64,000 bases of DNA, taken from assembly GCA_964016885.1 (NCBI GenBank), contig OZ024747.1, positions 82,026,001-82,090,000 of the forward strand. The letters are read 5' to 3'. Below, in pieces: positions 16,709-29,660 of this stretch (the first letter of the stretch is position 1; each line of letters starts with the position of its first letter). The notes beneath the pieces are model-generated. The model worked only from the letters and a program-made list of their open reading frames with translations, was not told where the DNA came from and searched no databases. The translations under genes and the position numbers were made by a program. The DNA is from Eledone cirrhosa (Eukaryota).

Positions 16709-17048
16709 TAATACAATTATATATATATATATCATCATCATTTAACGTCCATATTCCACGCTTGCATTATATATATATATATATATTAATACAATTATAT
16801 ATATATATATCATCATCATTTAACGTCCATATTCCACGCTTGCATTATATATATATATAAATACAATTATATATATATATATATATATATATTAATACAA
16901 TTATATATATATATTAATACAATTATATATATATATATATAAATACAATTATATATATATATATATAAATACAATTATATATATATATAAATAAATACAA
17001 TTATATATATAAATACAATTATATATATATATATAAATATATATATAA
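16633..17048. repeat. (TA)n-derived minisatellite with a T/AAATACAATT unit and two tiny RTE 3' ends
   Basis: About 10 copies of aatacaatt between TA runs; catcatcatttaacgtccatattccacgcttgcat occurs at ~16733 and ~16811. Confidence 0.85.
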
Positions 17049-17232
17049 TGGAAAAATTTGAACAGGAACAAAACAGAGAGGCAGTACAACGAATGTTTAT
17101 TAATTATGTATGTATATTAATAAAAGGAATTCCAACTTTGTCTGATTTACTCATTTTATTTACAATCCTTTAAAATTTATAATGGTATTAGAATGAAATA
17201 GTATGGTACAATATTAAATATTATGTGTTAAT

Positions 17233-17271
17233 TGAACAAATACTTTCATGTTTTCGCAATCTTCAGGTTCA
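17233..17271 (-). ncRNA. Minimal hammerhead (mirror copy, mutated)
   Basis: Reverse complement of 17334-17373 with substitutions in stems II and III. Confidence 0.55.
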
Positions 17272-17333
17272 TAGTCTGTGGTGACAGTCAAGTTTGCAAA
17301 CTTGATTGCAAACTTGACTGTCACCACAGAATA

Positions 17334-17373
17334 TGAACCTGAAGATTGCAAAAAGCATGAAAGTACTTGTTCA
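17334..17373 (+). ncRNA. Minimal type-I hammerhead ribozyme
   Basis: TGAAC-CTGAAGA-TTGC aaaaa GCAT-GAAA-GTAC-TT-GTTCA; stem III palindrome AAGTACTT. Confidence 0.78.
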
Positions 17374-18149
17374 ATTAACACTTAACATTTAATATTCTAC
17401 CATACTATTTCATTCTAATACCATTATAAATTTTAAAGGATTGTAAATAAAATGAGTAAATCAGACAAAGTTGGAATTCCTTTTATTAATATAATCTTCT
17501 ATACACAATCATACACACCCATGTATATTTATTTATATATATATATGTATGTATATATATGCACACACACACAAAATGCACACACTAAGAGTTTCCAATA
17601 ACAGTAATAACCTTTGGACATTGATAATGGATGCAATATTCTGATTGACTTTAATTAAAGCAATAATATCTGTAAGCAGCATCAGCTGACAATAATGGCA
17701 GCACTTATGAAAATATCTCCAACTATTTAGAAAAGTGGTCATTTTCTCCATGAAACTTAGGGTCAATGAGAGAACTAAACTGTAATTTTTAGATCTTCAT
17801 AATTTCTTTCCTGCTGATAATTCATTCATTGCATAGATTTTTATTGTGGTTTCTTTTGTAGTTACAGCTGTTCTAGTTACAACTGTTGATTTTATTATTT
17901 TTAACACAGGTATTTTTATAGTAAAATTCTGTTAAAATCAGGGTTCTCAAATATAATTAGGTTGAATTCAATTAAGATTTTTCTTCTTCATTACTTCAAA
18001 CTTATATTTTATTTTGTTTTGTATTTTCTCTACTCTCTTAACACATTCTCCATCATACTCTACTTGAAGCAAATTTCTATAAGATCAAAATCAATTAATT
18101 CAATTGCTACCAAGGACTCCAGACCAACAAGGCTACCTGAACATTTAAA

Positions 18150-20330
18150 ATTCTTTGGATAGAGACAAATTCTCAGAGAAATTAAAATAGGAAAACAGCA
18201 TGATAAAATTACATAAATAGTTTAGAAAAAGTATATATTTTTAATAGGACCATTATTTTATAACTTATACCAAGAAAATATATTTGAAATTAAACAATAG
18301 GGAAAAAAAAAACAAATCTGAAATAATAGGCATAACAACAACTAGGATGATGACAAAAGAATGTTGTGCTTTGGAAAACAATATTGTTGAATAAGAATCA
18401 AACAATATGAAAAAGAAGTGTCATAGATAGAAATGTGTAGAATAAACACACAACTATTCCAGAATCAATGGCAAGCAGATGTTATATAAGGAATATTGCC
18501 ATGGTAGGTGAGTCAACTACCAACTAAAACGTTCTCATAACAAATGGACATGAAAAGCTTCCAAAACATTTCAGTAGTATTATTAGACTAGAAACAAAGT
18601 ACCAGTAATGTACTGGGTAATTGCTGTCCTTGTGCCAAAGGTAGAAACAATTATTAGACTAGAAACAACAAATCAACTTGGTTAACTAATGGTAGAATAA
18701 ACCTAATAGCTAAATCTGTGAAACACAAGAAAATTATAATTACAAAGCCATTAACCATCTGTAAACTATAAACAATTCTCTGAGATAGTTCTATAGCCTT
18801 AAATAGACAATAAAGGCACCTGGACGCTGATAGGATCTTAGCAGGTGAGCAATTTAGATATAGGCAAGAATAGAGAAAGTGACAAAAAATAAAGGAAAAG
18901 ATCTTTGTATCTTTAATATTATTGATGACAAAAAGAGACAATTGAAAAGAAAATTAAAACAAAGCTCAAGATATACAACATGGCAAAGAACAAAGAAGTA
19001 CTTAACATTAAATAGCATCTAAAGAAAGAAATCCTCATAAAATGACCATTTTTTTAGGGAAACTGTGTGTCTCTAAAGATGATTTTCCAGCAATAGATGT
19101 TGGTTTTAGGAAAGGATTTTAGGCAGTTAACAAATTGTCATGAATAACAATGTAAAAATAAGAGAATAATGAAAAGAAAAAAATAACCACCCAAGACATA
19201 TCCCAGATACTAATGAACACATGCAATTAGACTGCTCCAGGAAATGAAAAACTGATAAAATTCTATCTGAAATATTTTACCAGCATTCATAAATTATTTT
19301 CAAAAACATTCAACCCTCTACTAAAAGGGGCCACAGACATCAGAATAGTTTATCGAGAAAATCGTTTCTAATTCCCAAACTGATATAATATCAAGCACAG
19401 AAAGCTACAGGCCTACTTGCCTATAGCATATAAATCCTTAATAGCAATATTGAAAATATTAGAAGCTCATCAAAAAAAAATGTTTGTTTCCAGAAGACCA
19501 CCAGGGACATTGCAGAGGTTCATATTGATATAAACAATTGTTATTGATCACCAAAGCCACATAACCAATGATAAAAATGGTCCGATTATAGCATAGAGTG
19601 ATAATAAAAATGCTTTTCTTTTAGAGTTTTCTACTTAAGGATTCCTGAAACATTAGCTGTAAAGCATCTCAAATAAGCAAATACATGAAACAGGCTGTGA
19701 GTAAATAAAAAACAATTTCAAAGATCCAAATAAGGGAAAGAAATGTATAATAAAACTAATCCATATATGAAGAATATTCCAATAGCTGTCTTTTTCATTC
19801 CTTTTCTCTTTGTTCCAAAGCCATTAACTAGCATACTAAACAAGACTGTATTGTGGAATGACAATCAGGGATACCCTGCATATGGATGACATGAAGTTAT
19901 ATAATAAAGATAAAAAAACAACTTGAAAGCCATTTTATATGATGCTTGTCTTTAACTGGAGAAGTGGCATGGAATTTGGTTTGAAAAATGTGCCTTAGAG
20001 GGAGAAAAATTAATAAAAATCACTTTTACCATGTTAGAAAGAGAAGCAGAGATAAGAGGATTAGATCAAAGACAGACTTACAAATACTTTTTAAAAAATT
20101 TTAAATCAGAACAGAATATAATACACATAACAGAAATGGTTAGAAAGGAATATTATAGATTCAAACAATTAATACTTCAAAGTAATCTAATTGCTAAAAC
20201 TAAGATGATATCAAACTCTAGCTTTTCTGGTAATGTTATAGGTTTTGTGTTCTCACTGGAAGTTTAGCAAATTAGCAAAACAGGATATGAAAACAAAAAG
20301 ATCATGCACAATCCAAAGCCCAAATTGTAC
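18150..20330 (+). pseudogene. Highly decayed R4/Dong-like non-LTR reverse transcriptase
   Basis: HMDDMKLY at ~19879 and GMEFGL at ~19966 resemble R4-clade YMDDxKLY / GMxFGLxKC. Many stops and frameshifts; boundaries approximate. Confidence 0.6.
18598..18649 (+). mobile_element. 5'-truncated SINE tail with 19-bp TSD
   Basis: Matches the 3' end of the 39222 SINE; ATTATTAGACTAGAAACAA at 18579-18597 and 18650-18668. Confidence 0.85.
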
Positions 20331-21119
20331 CACAATGGTAAGGTTGAGCCAAAGTCAATGTTACTGGATGTGACTCGCGTACTTACATACCACGAACATA
20401 CATATTTTAGTACCAGCTTATAGGAAGATGTATAGCACATTAACTTGGCCTATTACCTTACATCATTGATTGTCTTGAGAAACCAAGCACACACTCCCAT
20501 ACATGCTGCCCTGGTTTGATGGAAACATCAAACCACACAGTGGCCACGATTTCATCTAATTCTTCTTCTGTTGGCATATGAAAACCCATTGAATTTGAAG
20601 CACGACAAAGATATGTTATTCTTATTTTCTTTTTTCCCATTCCTAAATGTATTCCCCATACAGTCTGTCTCTCATAATATATCCCTCCTGTGTTATTCAT
20701 TTTTTCTAAAAGTGATCTATGTCTAGCAATTCTCTCTAGCTAGCCACAGTAATAAACTAATGTTGAAATTTTGACTAGTGTTTGTCAAGATATGAATATC
20801 TTTCTTTTTTCTTTTCATAAACGTGTTTGTCTGCGTAACTGTTATTTACAATTTTTTGCTTGTATCTTTAAAAATTCTGCAAAATTTCTTTCTAGAGTGT
20901 AAGGGTTGTTCACGTCTACTACCACCATGTTTACAAATATTTATTTTGTCTGAGAGCAAAAGAAAAAAAAATACAATTAAAATCTTTTTCTTTTTTAAAC
21001 TCCTCACCTCTCATGTAAAATATATCCACATAAACATAACACAAAAAACACACCCAATCCGTTGTGTATTCTATGTTTTCTTAAACATACAAGTACACAG
21101 CCACCATACACAACTCCAA

Positions 21120-21208
21120 ATAATAATAGTAATAATAATAACAATAATAACACTAATAGTGATAATAGTAATAATAATGATGATAATAATAATAGTAATA
21201 TAGTAATA
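21120..21208. repeat. (TAA)n microsatellite
   Basis: Directly visible. Confidence 0.9.
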
Positions 21209-21261
21209 GACACTCGACAAAATGGAAATGAAATTGAAGGAAAAGCACAAATAATAATAGT

Positions 21262-21370
21262 CATAATAGTTTCTACTTTAGGCACAAAGCCTGTAATTTG
21301 AAGGAGAGGAGAAATTCGATTAAATCAACCCCTAGTGCATTACTGGTGCTTTATTTATTGACCCCATAAG
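21262..21370 (-). mobile_element. Meta-domain-like SINE 3' fragment
   Basis: tttctactttaggcacaaagcc...tactggtgctttatttattgacccc, shared with 25263 and 49523. Confidence 0.7.
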
Positions 21371-21391
21371 TGCTACCATGATAAAGTCTAT

Positions 21392-21960
21392 TTGTACCTT
21401 TATTGGCTATTATGTCATAAATACCAATATGAATTAATAGAGAATTGGTATGAGCATGTGCCCTATAAAGTAATACAGGATGGGAAAGCAATGATATTCT
21501 TGGATTATGATTTTCAGACTGACAGTGTAATTGAGCATCACTGGCCAGACATTGTCATATTAAACAAGAACGACAAATACTGTCAGATCATAGATATAGC
21601 CATGCTATCTGACATGAATATTGTAAGTAAAGAGGTTGGAAAAATCACCAAATACTTCAAATTAAAAATAGAGATGGAAAGACTGTTTGGAATGCAAGAA
21701 GGCAAAGTGATAGTGACACCAGTTGTGATCGAGGTATTAGGGTCAATCTCATTGAAACTCCAACACTTCTTAAAGTGGTTAGGAATACTAAGCAAGATTG
21801 GTGTCATACAAAATAAGCCTTACTAGGCACTGCGCACATTTTAAGGAAATTATTATTTGTCTAAGTTCCTTGTTGGGACTTAACAAATGACTAAATACTC
21901 CAGTGCAGTTTCCATCTACACTGTGAGACAAAAGAAATAATAATAATAATGATAATAATG
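21392..21960 (+). pseudogene. R4/Dong-clade restriction-like endonuclease domain and 3' end
   Basis: WYEHxP...DFQTD..IEHHWPDIV...IIDIA..D.NI..KE..KITKY..LK.E...PVVI..LGS (PD-(D/E)xK type); ends in (TAA)n. Confidence 0.85.
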
Positions 21961-22744
21961 TTTTTATTTTTTTAATAATAATGATAATAATATAAACTAA
22001 CAATAATAATAAGAAAAAGAATAGAATTGTAAAAACAAAAACAGTTTGTATAGTTTTTTTTTTACAAACTAAAACAAAAATACACTAAGTAAATATATAA
22101 ATGCAATACTATTTTTGTAATATTTACTGCAAAATCATTTGAAATCACTCAATGGAATAGAATTGGATATCTTTCAGCCAAATGGAATAGGCAATAAGAA
22201 AAAAAATCACAAAAAAAACTATAGCTATGAAAAACGTATGTCCTATTTTCCCATGCTTGGATAATTAAGATGTTTTGTTTTTCCTTTGTTTATTTTTTCT
22301 TCCAATTTCCTTTTTTTCCCTTTTTTTTAAACAGTTATGAATAATATAGAGAAGACATTTACATCATGTCAGCACCAAGTATATTCTTTTATGCAGGTCA
22401 GTCATAACTTGGCATAAGAATAGTATATTGTCAATTTTCTAAGCAGTCAGTATTGGAATTGTTGGGGAGATCTTAGTCTAATAGAATTATGTGATTTATT
22501 AATGAGGGTTTATAGTAGAAGCAGATTTTTGTTTAGGGGCATAAGAACTTTTATGATTACTAAGAATAGCCTACAATGATTTTTAACCCCTTTTGTCATA
22601 CACACTACTTTGATTTTAAAACAAACCTCTACCCTACTATAATCAGATAAAACTAGTATATAGCATAACATATATGTCAATTCCAAAGTCCTGCACCCCA
22701 CCTTAAGAAACACTTATTCAGTGGTAAATTGTAAACATCTTCCT

Positions 22745-22960
22745 TCTTCTTTACTCATTTATTCGTGAGAGGGTCATGGGGGCAGAGTCCTCAAACACTC
22801 CTTCTAGCGGTTCCTGTCAGAAGCAATCGTCACCAAGCATGACCAGCCAAGCCCATGGATGTTATCCAACCATCTTGCTCAGGGTCTATCCCTAGGTCTC
22901 CTGCTGGTTGCTTTTGCCCATAAAATCTGTCCAGCAATTCTTTCCTGGGACGTTCTAACA
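22745..22960 (-). mobile_element. Decayed RTE-type (Rex3/Expander-like) 3' fragment
   Basis: Minus strand reads RRPRDRPxARWLDNIHGLGWSCL, resembling the GRPRxRWxD C-terminus. Confidence 0.5.
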
Positions 22961-23139
22961 ACAAATTGTAAACTAATGGTATAAATATACCAGGCTAATT
23001 ACAATTGTATGAAGGTGTGCAGATTAGTGGTTCTTTCAAGACAAATGTGACAGATTTGTAATAGAGGAAGAGTAGTAACTAAAAAGGAGAAACTAGTTAT
23101 ATTGTTCTTCAGCGAGTCCTGTCATTTAACAATATTTCA

Positions 23140-23340
23140 AATGAAAGACACTGCTTATGATTTTCAAATAATTTTGAAAATCAAGAACTTGGAGAGATTT
23201 AGTAATATAACTTTTTTCTTTATAAATTTGATTCCTACATAGAATAATGAAACAAGGAACAGTAAATAAACAGCCTTAGTCTTATATCATAGAACCAAGA
23301 GAATTTCTCATCAAAATAGTTAATGTGTGTTTGTTAAGTA
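23140..23340. repeat. Old dispersed ~250-bp repeat, possible TTAA-type MITE
   Basis: Shared core ttttcaaataattttga...gatttagtaatata; related copies at ~34040, ~43490 and ~47850. Confidence 0.45.
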
Positions 23341-24420
23341 TTCTCAAGTGATTCTATTTAGAACATTAACATTAACCTTTTAACATTTACATTACTCTAT
23401 ATTTAGTATTGTATTTTCGTAGTAAACACTTTATCTCACATAATTATCTCACATAATATTGAATCTACAAGATTTTGATATTATTTATTTTGAGAACACT
23501 ACCTTAACATAAGAATGAGCAGCCAGTTATAACCGGTTTGAACAGAAAGAGGTGAGAGAATTCTGTCCGGATACGGCTGGTTTAAATACTAAAGGGCTGA
23601 CATTAAAATATAAGAAAATGTTCTCATTATAAGATACTTCGACTTTACAATATAAGAAAATGTAATATTGAAATACAATGAAATTCTACATTGAAAGACA
23701 TCAATAGAGAGTAGTAGTCTGTGCCAGCCAGATGTCTTTGTTTGAGTTTAGCATATTTTTGTGCAATGAAATCTAAAAGTTAAACTAAATATATTTATAA
23801 AATCAATCCATCACCAACCAAGGTGGTAAATTATAGTGCAAATTGAATTATTGTATAAATAAATAAATTAGGAAACAAGCAAAAAATCAAAATTCAACAA
23901 AGAAAAACAGAGAATAAGAGAAGGGAGAGGGAAGGAGAGAATTTGAGAAAAATTGAGAAACCAAATAATTAATTGTTTCCTGTGTATCTGATAAACAACC
24001 TACCAATAAAAAAATGTTTTGTTTATTAAGTTGATGTTATTGGGTGTTCTCAGTGAGGAATGTTTAGTGTCATAGCTAGTGATTTTAATATTGATGGATG
24101 TTGAGAAGTAATGGGGGGGGCGGGGGTCAGAGAGATAGGGGTGCTGTGTGTATGTTAGGATGGACACTGTTGTTTAAAGTATTGTTGTTGATGATTGTTT
24201 TGGTGAGGAGGGTTGAGAGCTGCTGGTGACAGAAGAGGTGGTGGCTAATGCTGGTGACAGCTGATAGTGACTGTTAGTCATGAGAGTGTTGAGTAAAATT
24301 TTGTGTAATGTTTCAAGAAGTGGTTATTGTTCTTGTTTAGCAAAAGGTGAATCCTGATCAAGCAAAACCTGCCTTGACCATTTAGTATTTTAGGAGTATC
24401 TAGGACTATATTATCTAATA

Positions 24421-24584
24421 CAGGATTTCCCAAACTTTTTCAAACATGGAACCCTATTTGGTTCAGAAACTTTTGGAGGAACCCCAAAGTCTAATACTGT
24501 TATATGATTATAATATAAATATACTCCTCTACCTTTTTTTATGGAACCCCAGACACTCCTTTGCGAAACCCTTGGGAACCACTG
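24421..24584. mobile_element. hAT (Charlie-like) MITE
   Basis: TIRs CAGGATTTCCCAA / TTGGGAACCACTG; exact 8-bp TSD ATCTAATA at 24413-24420 and 24585-24592. Confidence 0.88.
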
Positions 24585-25262
24585 ATCTAATATATTCTTC
24601 CTTGCTACATGTGGTAAACTGTTATTTAAGATTTGACTACAATGTCTAGCAGGTAGAACAAACACAAAGGCTCTCGTTCAGCTTATATTTCTAGTGGTAA
24701 TAACAGTGTAAGATAATGATGGGTATTTGGAATAATTTTGGAGGAAGTATTGTGATGGTGAGTAGCTGTTAGAAGTGATCTTTATGGTTGCAACTAATAT
24801 TATTGGTTCTCAGTTCTCTGGTTGATTTTAGACTTCACAATAACACATGCTGCAACACAGCCCTCAATAGGTAGTAACAGCTGTTGATACAAGATTGTTT
24901 TGGACAGACCAGTGTGAAAGAGTTAGTTGGTGGAAGAATTATTCAATTAGCATTCTGGTCCTGACTGTACTGCTTTATATTGTTGGGAAGTAGGGGGTGT
25001 TTTCCTGCTGAAAATTAAGACAAAACTAAAATGTGAACACCAGGTTTATGAGAGTGATTTAGTATATTTTGCAGCTACATTAAGCAGATCAAGTGGCCAT
25101 GTAGAAACTATCTCATTGACTCCTGGTATTGTTAGTAGCAGAGATGGTGTGAGTGGTCTTGCTATCAATGGTTATGAAAGTAGAGGAAATGAAAGTGGAA
25201 GGATGATGCTAGACATGATAGAAGTGGCTGCAATAAAGAATAAAATAATATAATTATTTAGC

Positions 25263-25373
25263 ATAATTGTTTCTACTTTAGGCACAAGGCCAGCAATTGA
25301 CCAGTACATTACTGGTACTTTATTTTATCGACCCCGTAAGGATGAAAGGCAAAGTCAACCTCGGCGGGATTTG
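25263..25373 (-). mobile_element. Meta-domain-like SINE, 5'-truncated
   Basis: Reverse complement of the 3' part of the 39222/51500 family. Confidence 0.85.
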
Positions 25374-27174
25374 GTCTCTATTGAGATGTGGAATATTAAT
25401 GTTACTTTTATAAAACAACTTTCTTATGTAAATATTTTAAACATTTCCTCATCAACATTATCATCTTAGCATGCTTGTTTTTTAGAAATATGTTAGACTA
25501 CATTATCCAGTGTGTCTTTTCCCAAAGTGGTACCAAATAATTTTAGGGAAATTTGGCTGTTATTTCTAGCATGTTGTGTGACATATAGTGACTCTCATTC
25601 ATATGCCATAACAGGTTATTTGTACTGGTAAATGTACTTTCTGTATTCAATTAAACAACCAACTAATCATTAAAGGAAATTGCTAATTGTTATTTGATAG
25701 ATTGCATAAATACAAAATAATTACTCTAGCTAATTTTGAATTCACAAGATTTAGTACATTCTATTACTTTTAATTAATTCTTTAGTTGCTTAACTATCGT
25801 TTTTTTTCGTATTTCATAAAAGTATTAAACTAATTTATAAAACCTAGTGAAGACTGTAATGATATTCAGTATAACACAATCACAATTTATTTTTTAGATA
25901 ACATGTATTAGAAATCTCACCATTTGCATGTATTGTTTTAACCCTGCCATTGCCATATTTCTAATAAAACAAGCTGCTTGTGCTTTTCTGAGAAAATTGA
26001 AAATAATCAGGAATTTGGAAAGATATAGTAATATAGCTAACCTTCTCATAATGTCTGATAATACATGATACTACATGAGCAAGACATCATCGAGAAGTAC
26101 AAAAGAACACTATCTGCATCACTTAACGTCTTTTGGTTTATTAAATAATTACAGGATCTTAAGAGTTAAGCTGGTGTTTATAGAATAACTTAAAGTTTCA
26201 TTGTATAAAATTATGATGTAAGGTTATTTCATCAAAGATCTTTCATCACATTCTGTGACCACCTTAATGACTATTTGTTGTTGCTCTCTGTGCCTCTTCT
26301 TTCTGGTCTTATTTTGTTTACTTGTAGATAAATATGATCACTTAAATAAACAGTTTTGTGTTGTTGAACCAGGAACAGTTTCAAGCAGTCTGGTATCAAA
26401 TGTATTAAGGAATGTTATGTATGAAGTATAAAGGTAATGCCAAGTTTTCAGCCCTAGTAGCCATCATGCCTAAGAACAAAATCCACAAGTAATCGAAGAA
26501 TTTATGCTTATGATTTATCCTTATTAATATCTATCATCTTAACCACGTCTCTTCATCTTCCTCTGTTTTCATGTAATGCCGCTTTTTGAATATAAGAAAT
26601 ATTTTATGCTCTACAATAAGGTTTTACAGATTTCATAATGAGGAAATCAAACAGGGCTGTTTTTATCTTTATTATCTTTAGTCTTCATGCAGTGTAAGTT
26701 GTCATCTAATAATTCCTCTATTAAACATAACTTAGAAAACTTCAAAAAGAAAAAACGAACCATCAAATTAATTCCTTTGAGTAGCATCAAAAAGATCACT
26801 AAATTCAAGAGATCTTTAATAAATTACGTATGAAGACCAAGTTTGCTGATTGCATAAAACATGAGAGACAAAATATGTCAAATAGATAAAAACAACCCTA
26901 CAATGAAGGATATTTCGTTGTTCAATATTTGCAGTTTGAAAGATGCTTCTTTTAAGTGTGCTGATTGCTTAATATATTAAGGCAAAAATTTTACTTGATT
27001 GTGAGATGATAAGCACTTGAAAAAGATGTAAGCACCATATTTTATATGCTTTTGGATACTAAAGTCACTTTTCAGTGAAAATTAGCCAAAATCCATCAAA
27101 GCGTGTGCATGTATGTATGTATGTGTATGTATGTATATATATATGCATATGTATGTATGCATGTAATAAATAAT

Positions 27175-27505
27175 CAAGCTGGATACCCGATCATGTGGTT
27201 AAACCACTGGGAGTGAAGGACCCCTAGCCTTTGTCAGGGCATGCTTCTAGGAGAAGGCAACTCAGGAAACTGGGATAACTCTGACATAAAAACAGTGGCT
27301 CAGTAGTTACTGATGCTGTTAATCTTTTCTTCTTTTCGGGTTATAACTACTGTTACTCAGAGAGTGGGATTGGCTCAGTGCACAGTCTTTCCTCACTTTA
27401 AAAGAATCTTCATGCACAGGCATTGCACGGTAGCATTAATTAATAATGATTAATAATGTTATATTGTGCAATGGCCATACTCGATAATGAGGGGGCAGCC
27501 ATCAT
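27175..27505 (+). mobile_element. Probable non-autonomous RTE-derived element
   Basis: GC-richer island containing ctaggagaaggcaactc, resembling an RTE 5'-UTR motif; flanked by (ATGT)n. Confidence 0.4.
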
Positions 27506-28719
27506 GTATGAATTTATGTATGATAAACAACAAAGTGAAATGAAAATGTATGTGAATACAATATCATGTTACTAAAGAAGCCCAAATCACAAATAACATG
27601 CAATAATACATTCCTTTCAATGCATAAATCTTAATTCAAATTTCTTGCTAAAGTACTAGTAACCCACACACACACATTCATACATACACACACTCATAAC
27701 AACACATGCATGCACACACGTTTATGTGTGAGTGTGTTTATATGTGAGCAATAATTATCGATGTATAAGTAAACATTTTAGAGGCTTTTTTTTTCTTCGA
27801 AAGATAAGCAGGTGTGATGAGTAAAACTAACAACATTCACAACAATCCTATAGGTATAAAATAGAGGGAAGTGATAATTAAATCTAAATATGGAGAAAAA
27901 AAAAACATTGTAGCAAATCTATGCTAACTAAAAGGAGGAGAAAAGGGGAGAGGAGGGTGAGTGGTGGAGTGGTGGTGGCTTTGTGCTACTATTAGAAACC
28001 ATCACTATGACAACAATGTAACTATCATTGTGACTACAGTTTCTTGTTCCTTGCCAAAGTGTATTAAACTGAATACTAATATCAGGTAGTATCAATTTTT
28101 TTTCTTTTTTAATACAATTGGTGAAAGCAAAATTTCTTGTTAACATCTGAAATGTTGGGAACATCAAACACATGCGTACACACACAAATATACACACACA
28201 CTGAAATATATCCAGATCTAAAATGAACATGAATTGGCTGCAGGTAATCTACAATTTTATTCATACAAATGTCATGTAATATATTTTCACACACACCAAA
28301 AATCCCTCAAGTACACACATAATAAGAAAGTTGATATCAATGTATGTATAAAATTTTAAGAGTCAAATGGTTTCCTTTTCTCTTTTTTTTTTCTTTTTTC
28401 CTTTAACCAGAATTTAGATGTCAATAAAATATCAGATCAAATATTCTATCCTCTATCAAATAATACATTAACATTTCTCTTTTTTGATGCACATATCAAG
28501 ACATTGTATCTATAACATGCCTTTCATACTGATGTATGTGTACGGCAGGGTGCCTCACAGGGATACTAGCATGTCGGTGTTCAATACATCTATAATTATT
28601 TTCAGTTCGATTGGCCAGCACACAGAAAGTATGTGTCAAGTTTAAAAGAATTAATTTCCTTATGTCTGAGTCCCTATTGATGATACTAATATGTTAGTTA
28701 ATTATATATCTATAATATC

Positions 28720-29152
28720 TGGCTGTATGATGCTTGTATGTAATGCACGATTCTGCATGGTAGTGAGACATGGGCAGCAACTGTGGAGGATATGTGAAGG
28801 CTGGAGAGAAATAAAGCAAGCATGCCTCGATAGATGTGCAATGTCAATGTGTGCGAACAACCAAGCATGGATGAGTTAAGCTATAATGTGCTGGAGAGAA
28901 GACTATGTCGGTATGGATGATTATCACTAGGTGAAGAAGTGCCAAGTAATCCCAGAGGAAGGAAGACACAGTAGAGTAAGACCATGGAAAACATAGGCAG
29001 AGGGTGGTTTGAGCTGGCCTCAGATCGCTGAAGCTCTCAGATAAGATGGTGAAGGACCGTGATGAGTGGAGAGCTGCTGTGCTGAAGAAGACCCACCCCA
29101 CCCTTGAAAGCAAGTAAAAGCAGACATAAAATGATGATGATAATGATGATGC
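28720..29152 (+). mobile_element. Decayed RTE LINE 3' fragment
   Basis: LHGSETW...RLERN; 3' end similar to the 63423 copy; GAT tail. Confidence 0.8.
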
Positions 29153-29182
29153 TGAATATAGCATTTCTAGTAGTGAAGCATA

Positions 29183-29380
29183 ATCATCATCATTTTAAGT
29201 CCACTTTCTATGCTGGCATGGGTTGGATGGGTCATCAGAGTCTAGATCTATACTTGTCTCAGAACCACATATTGCTATGTTTCATATTCGTCTTCATGTC
29301 TTTCTATAGCTGGATGCTCTTCCAAGCACCAATCATTTAAAAGAGTGTACCGGATGCATTTTATTATGACACCAACACTA
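29183..29380 (-). mobile_element. Decayed RTE-type 3' tail
   Basis: catcatcattttaagtccac...gcatgggttggatggg...gctggatgctcttcc. Confidence 0.6.
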
Positions 29381-29389
29381 CTACTTTAC

Positions 29390-29660
29390 TGAGTGTAACC
29401 ATTGCAATGATAAGAGTGTAACCATTGCTATGACAAGAGAGTAACCATTGCTGTGACAATACTGTAACTATCACTGTGACAATTGTATTACCATCACTAT
29501 AACAATAGTGTAATCATAAGCTGTGATAATAGTGTAACCATATGTCAATAGTATATGACAATATTGAAAGTACAATACCAATAGTTAAAGTATGACTATG
29601 ACAATAGCAAAACATCCCTACAATAACAGTGAAACCATACCAATACAATAATAGTGAAAG
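29390..29660. repeat. Degenerate ~23-bp minisatellite
   Basis: agtgtaaccattgc(a/t)atgacaa units, diverging to the right. Confidence 0.8.

Larger units (their letters stand above)
17113..17525 (+). mobile_element. Non-coding fold-back PLE-like element
   Basis: Arms ~17113-17299 and ~17306-17493 are inverted, followed by a ~30-nt tail. HHR in each arm. Second copy at 32500. Confidence 0.82.

Noticed and set aside
24100-25230. Ser/Thr/Pro-rich minus-strand exon candidates
   Set aside because: Frames I checked close within ~40 codons; no recognisable protein.
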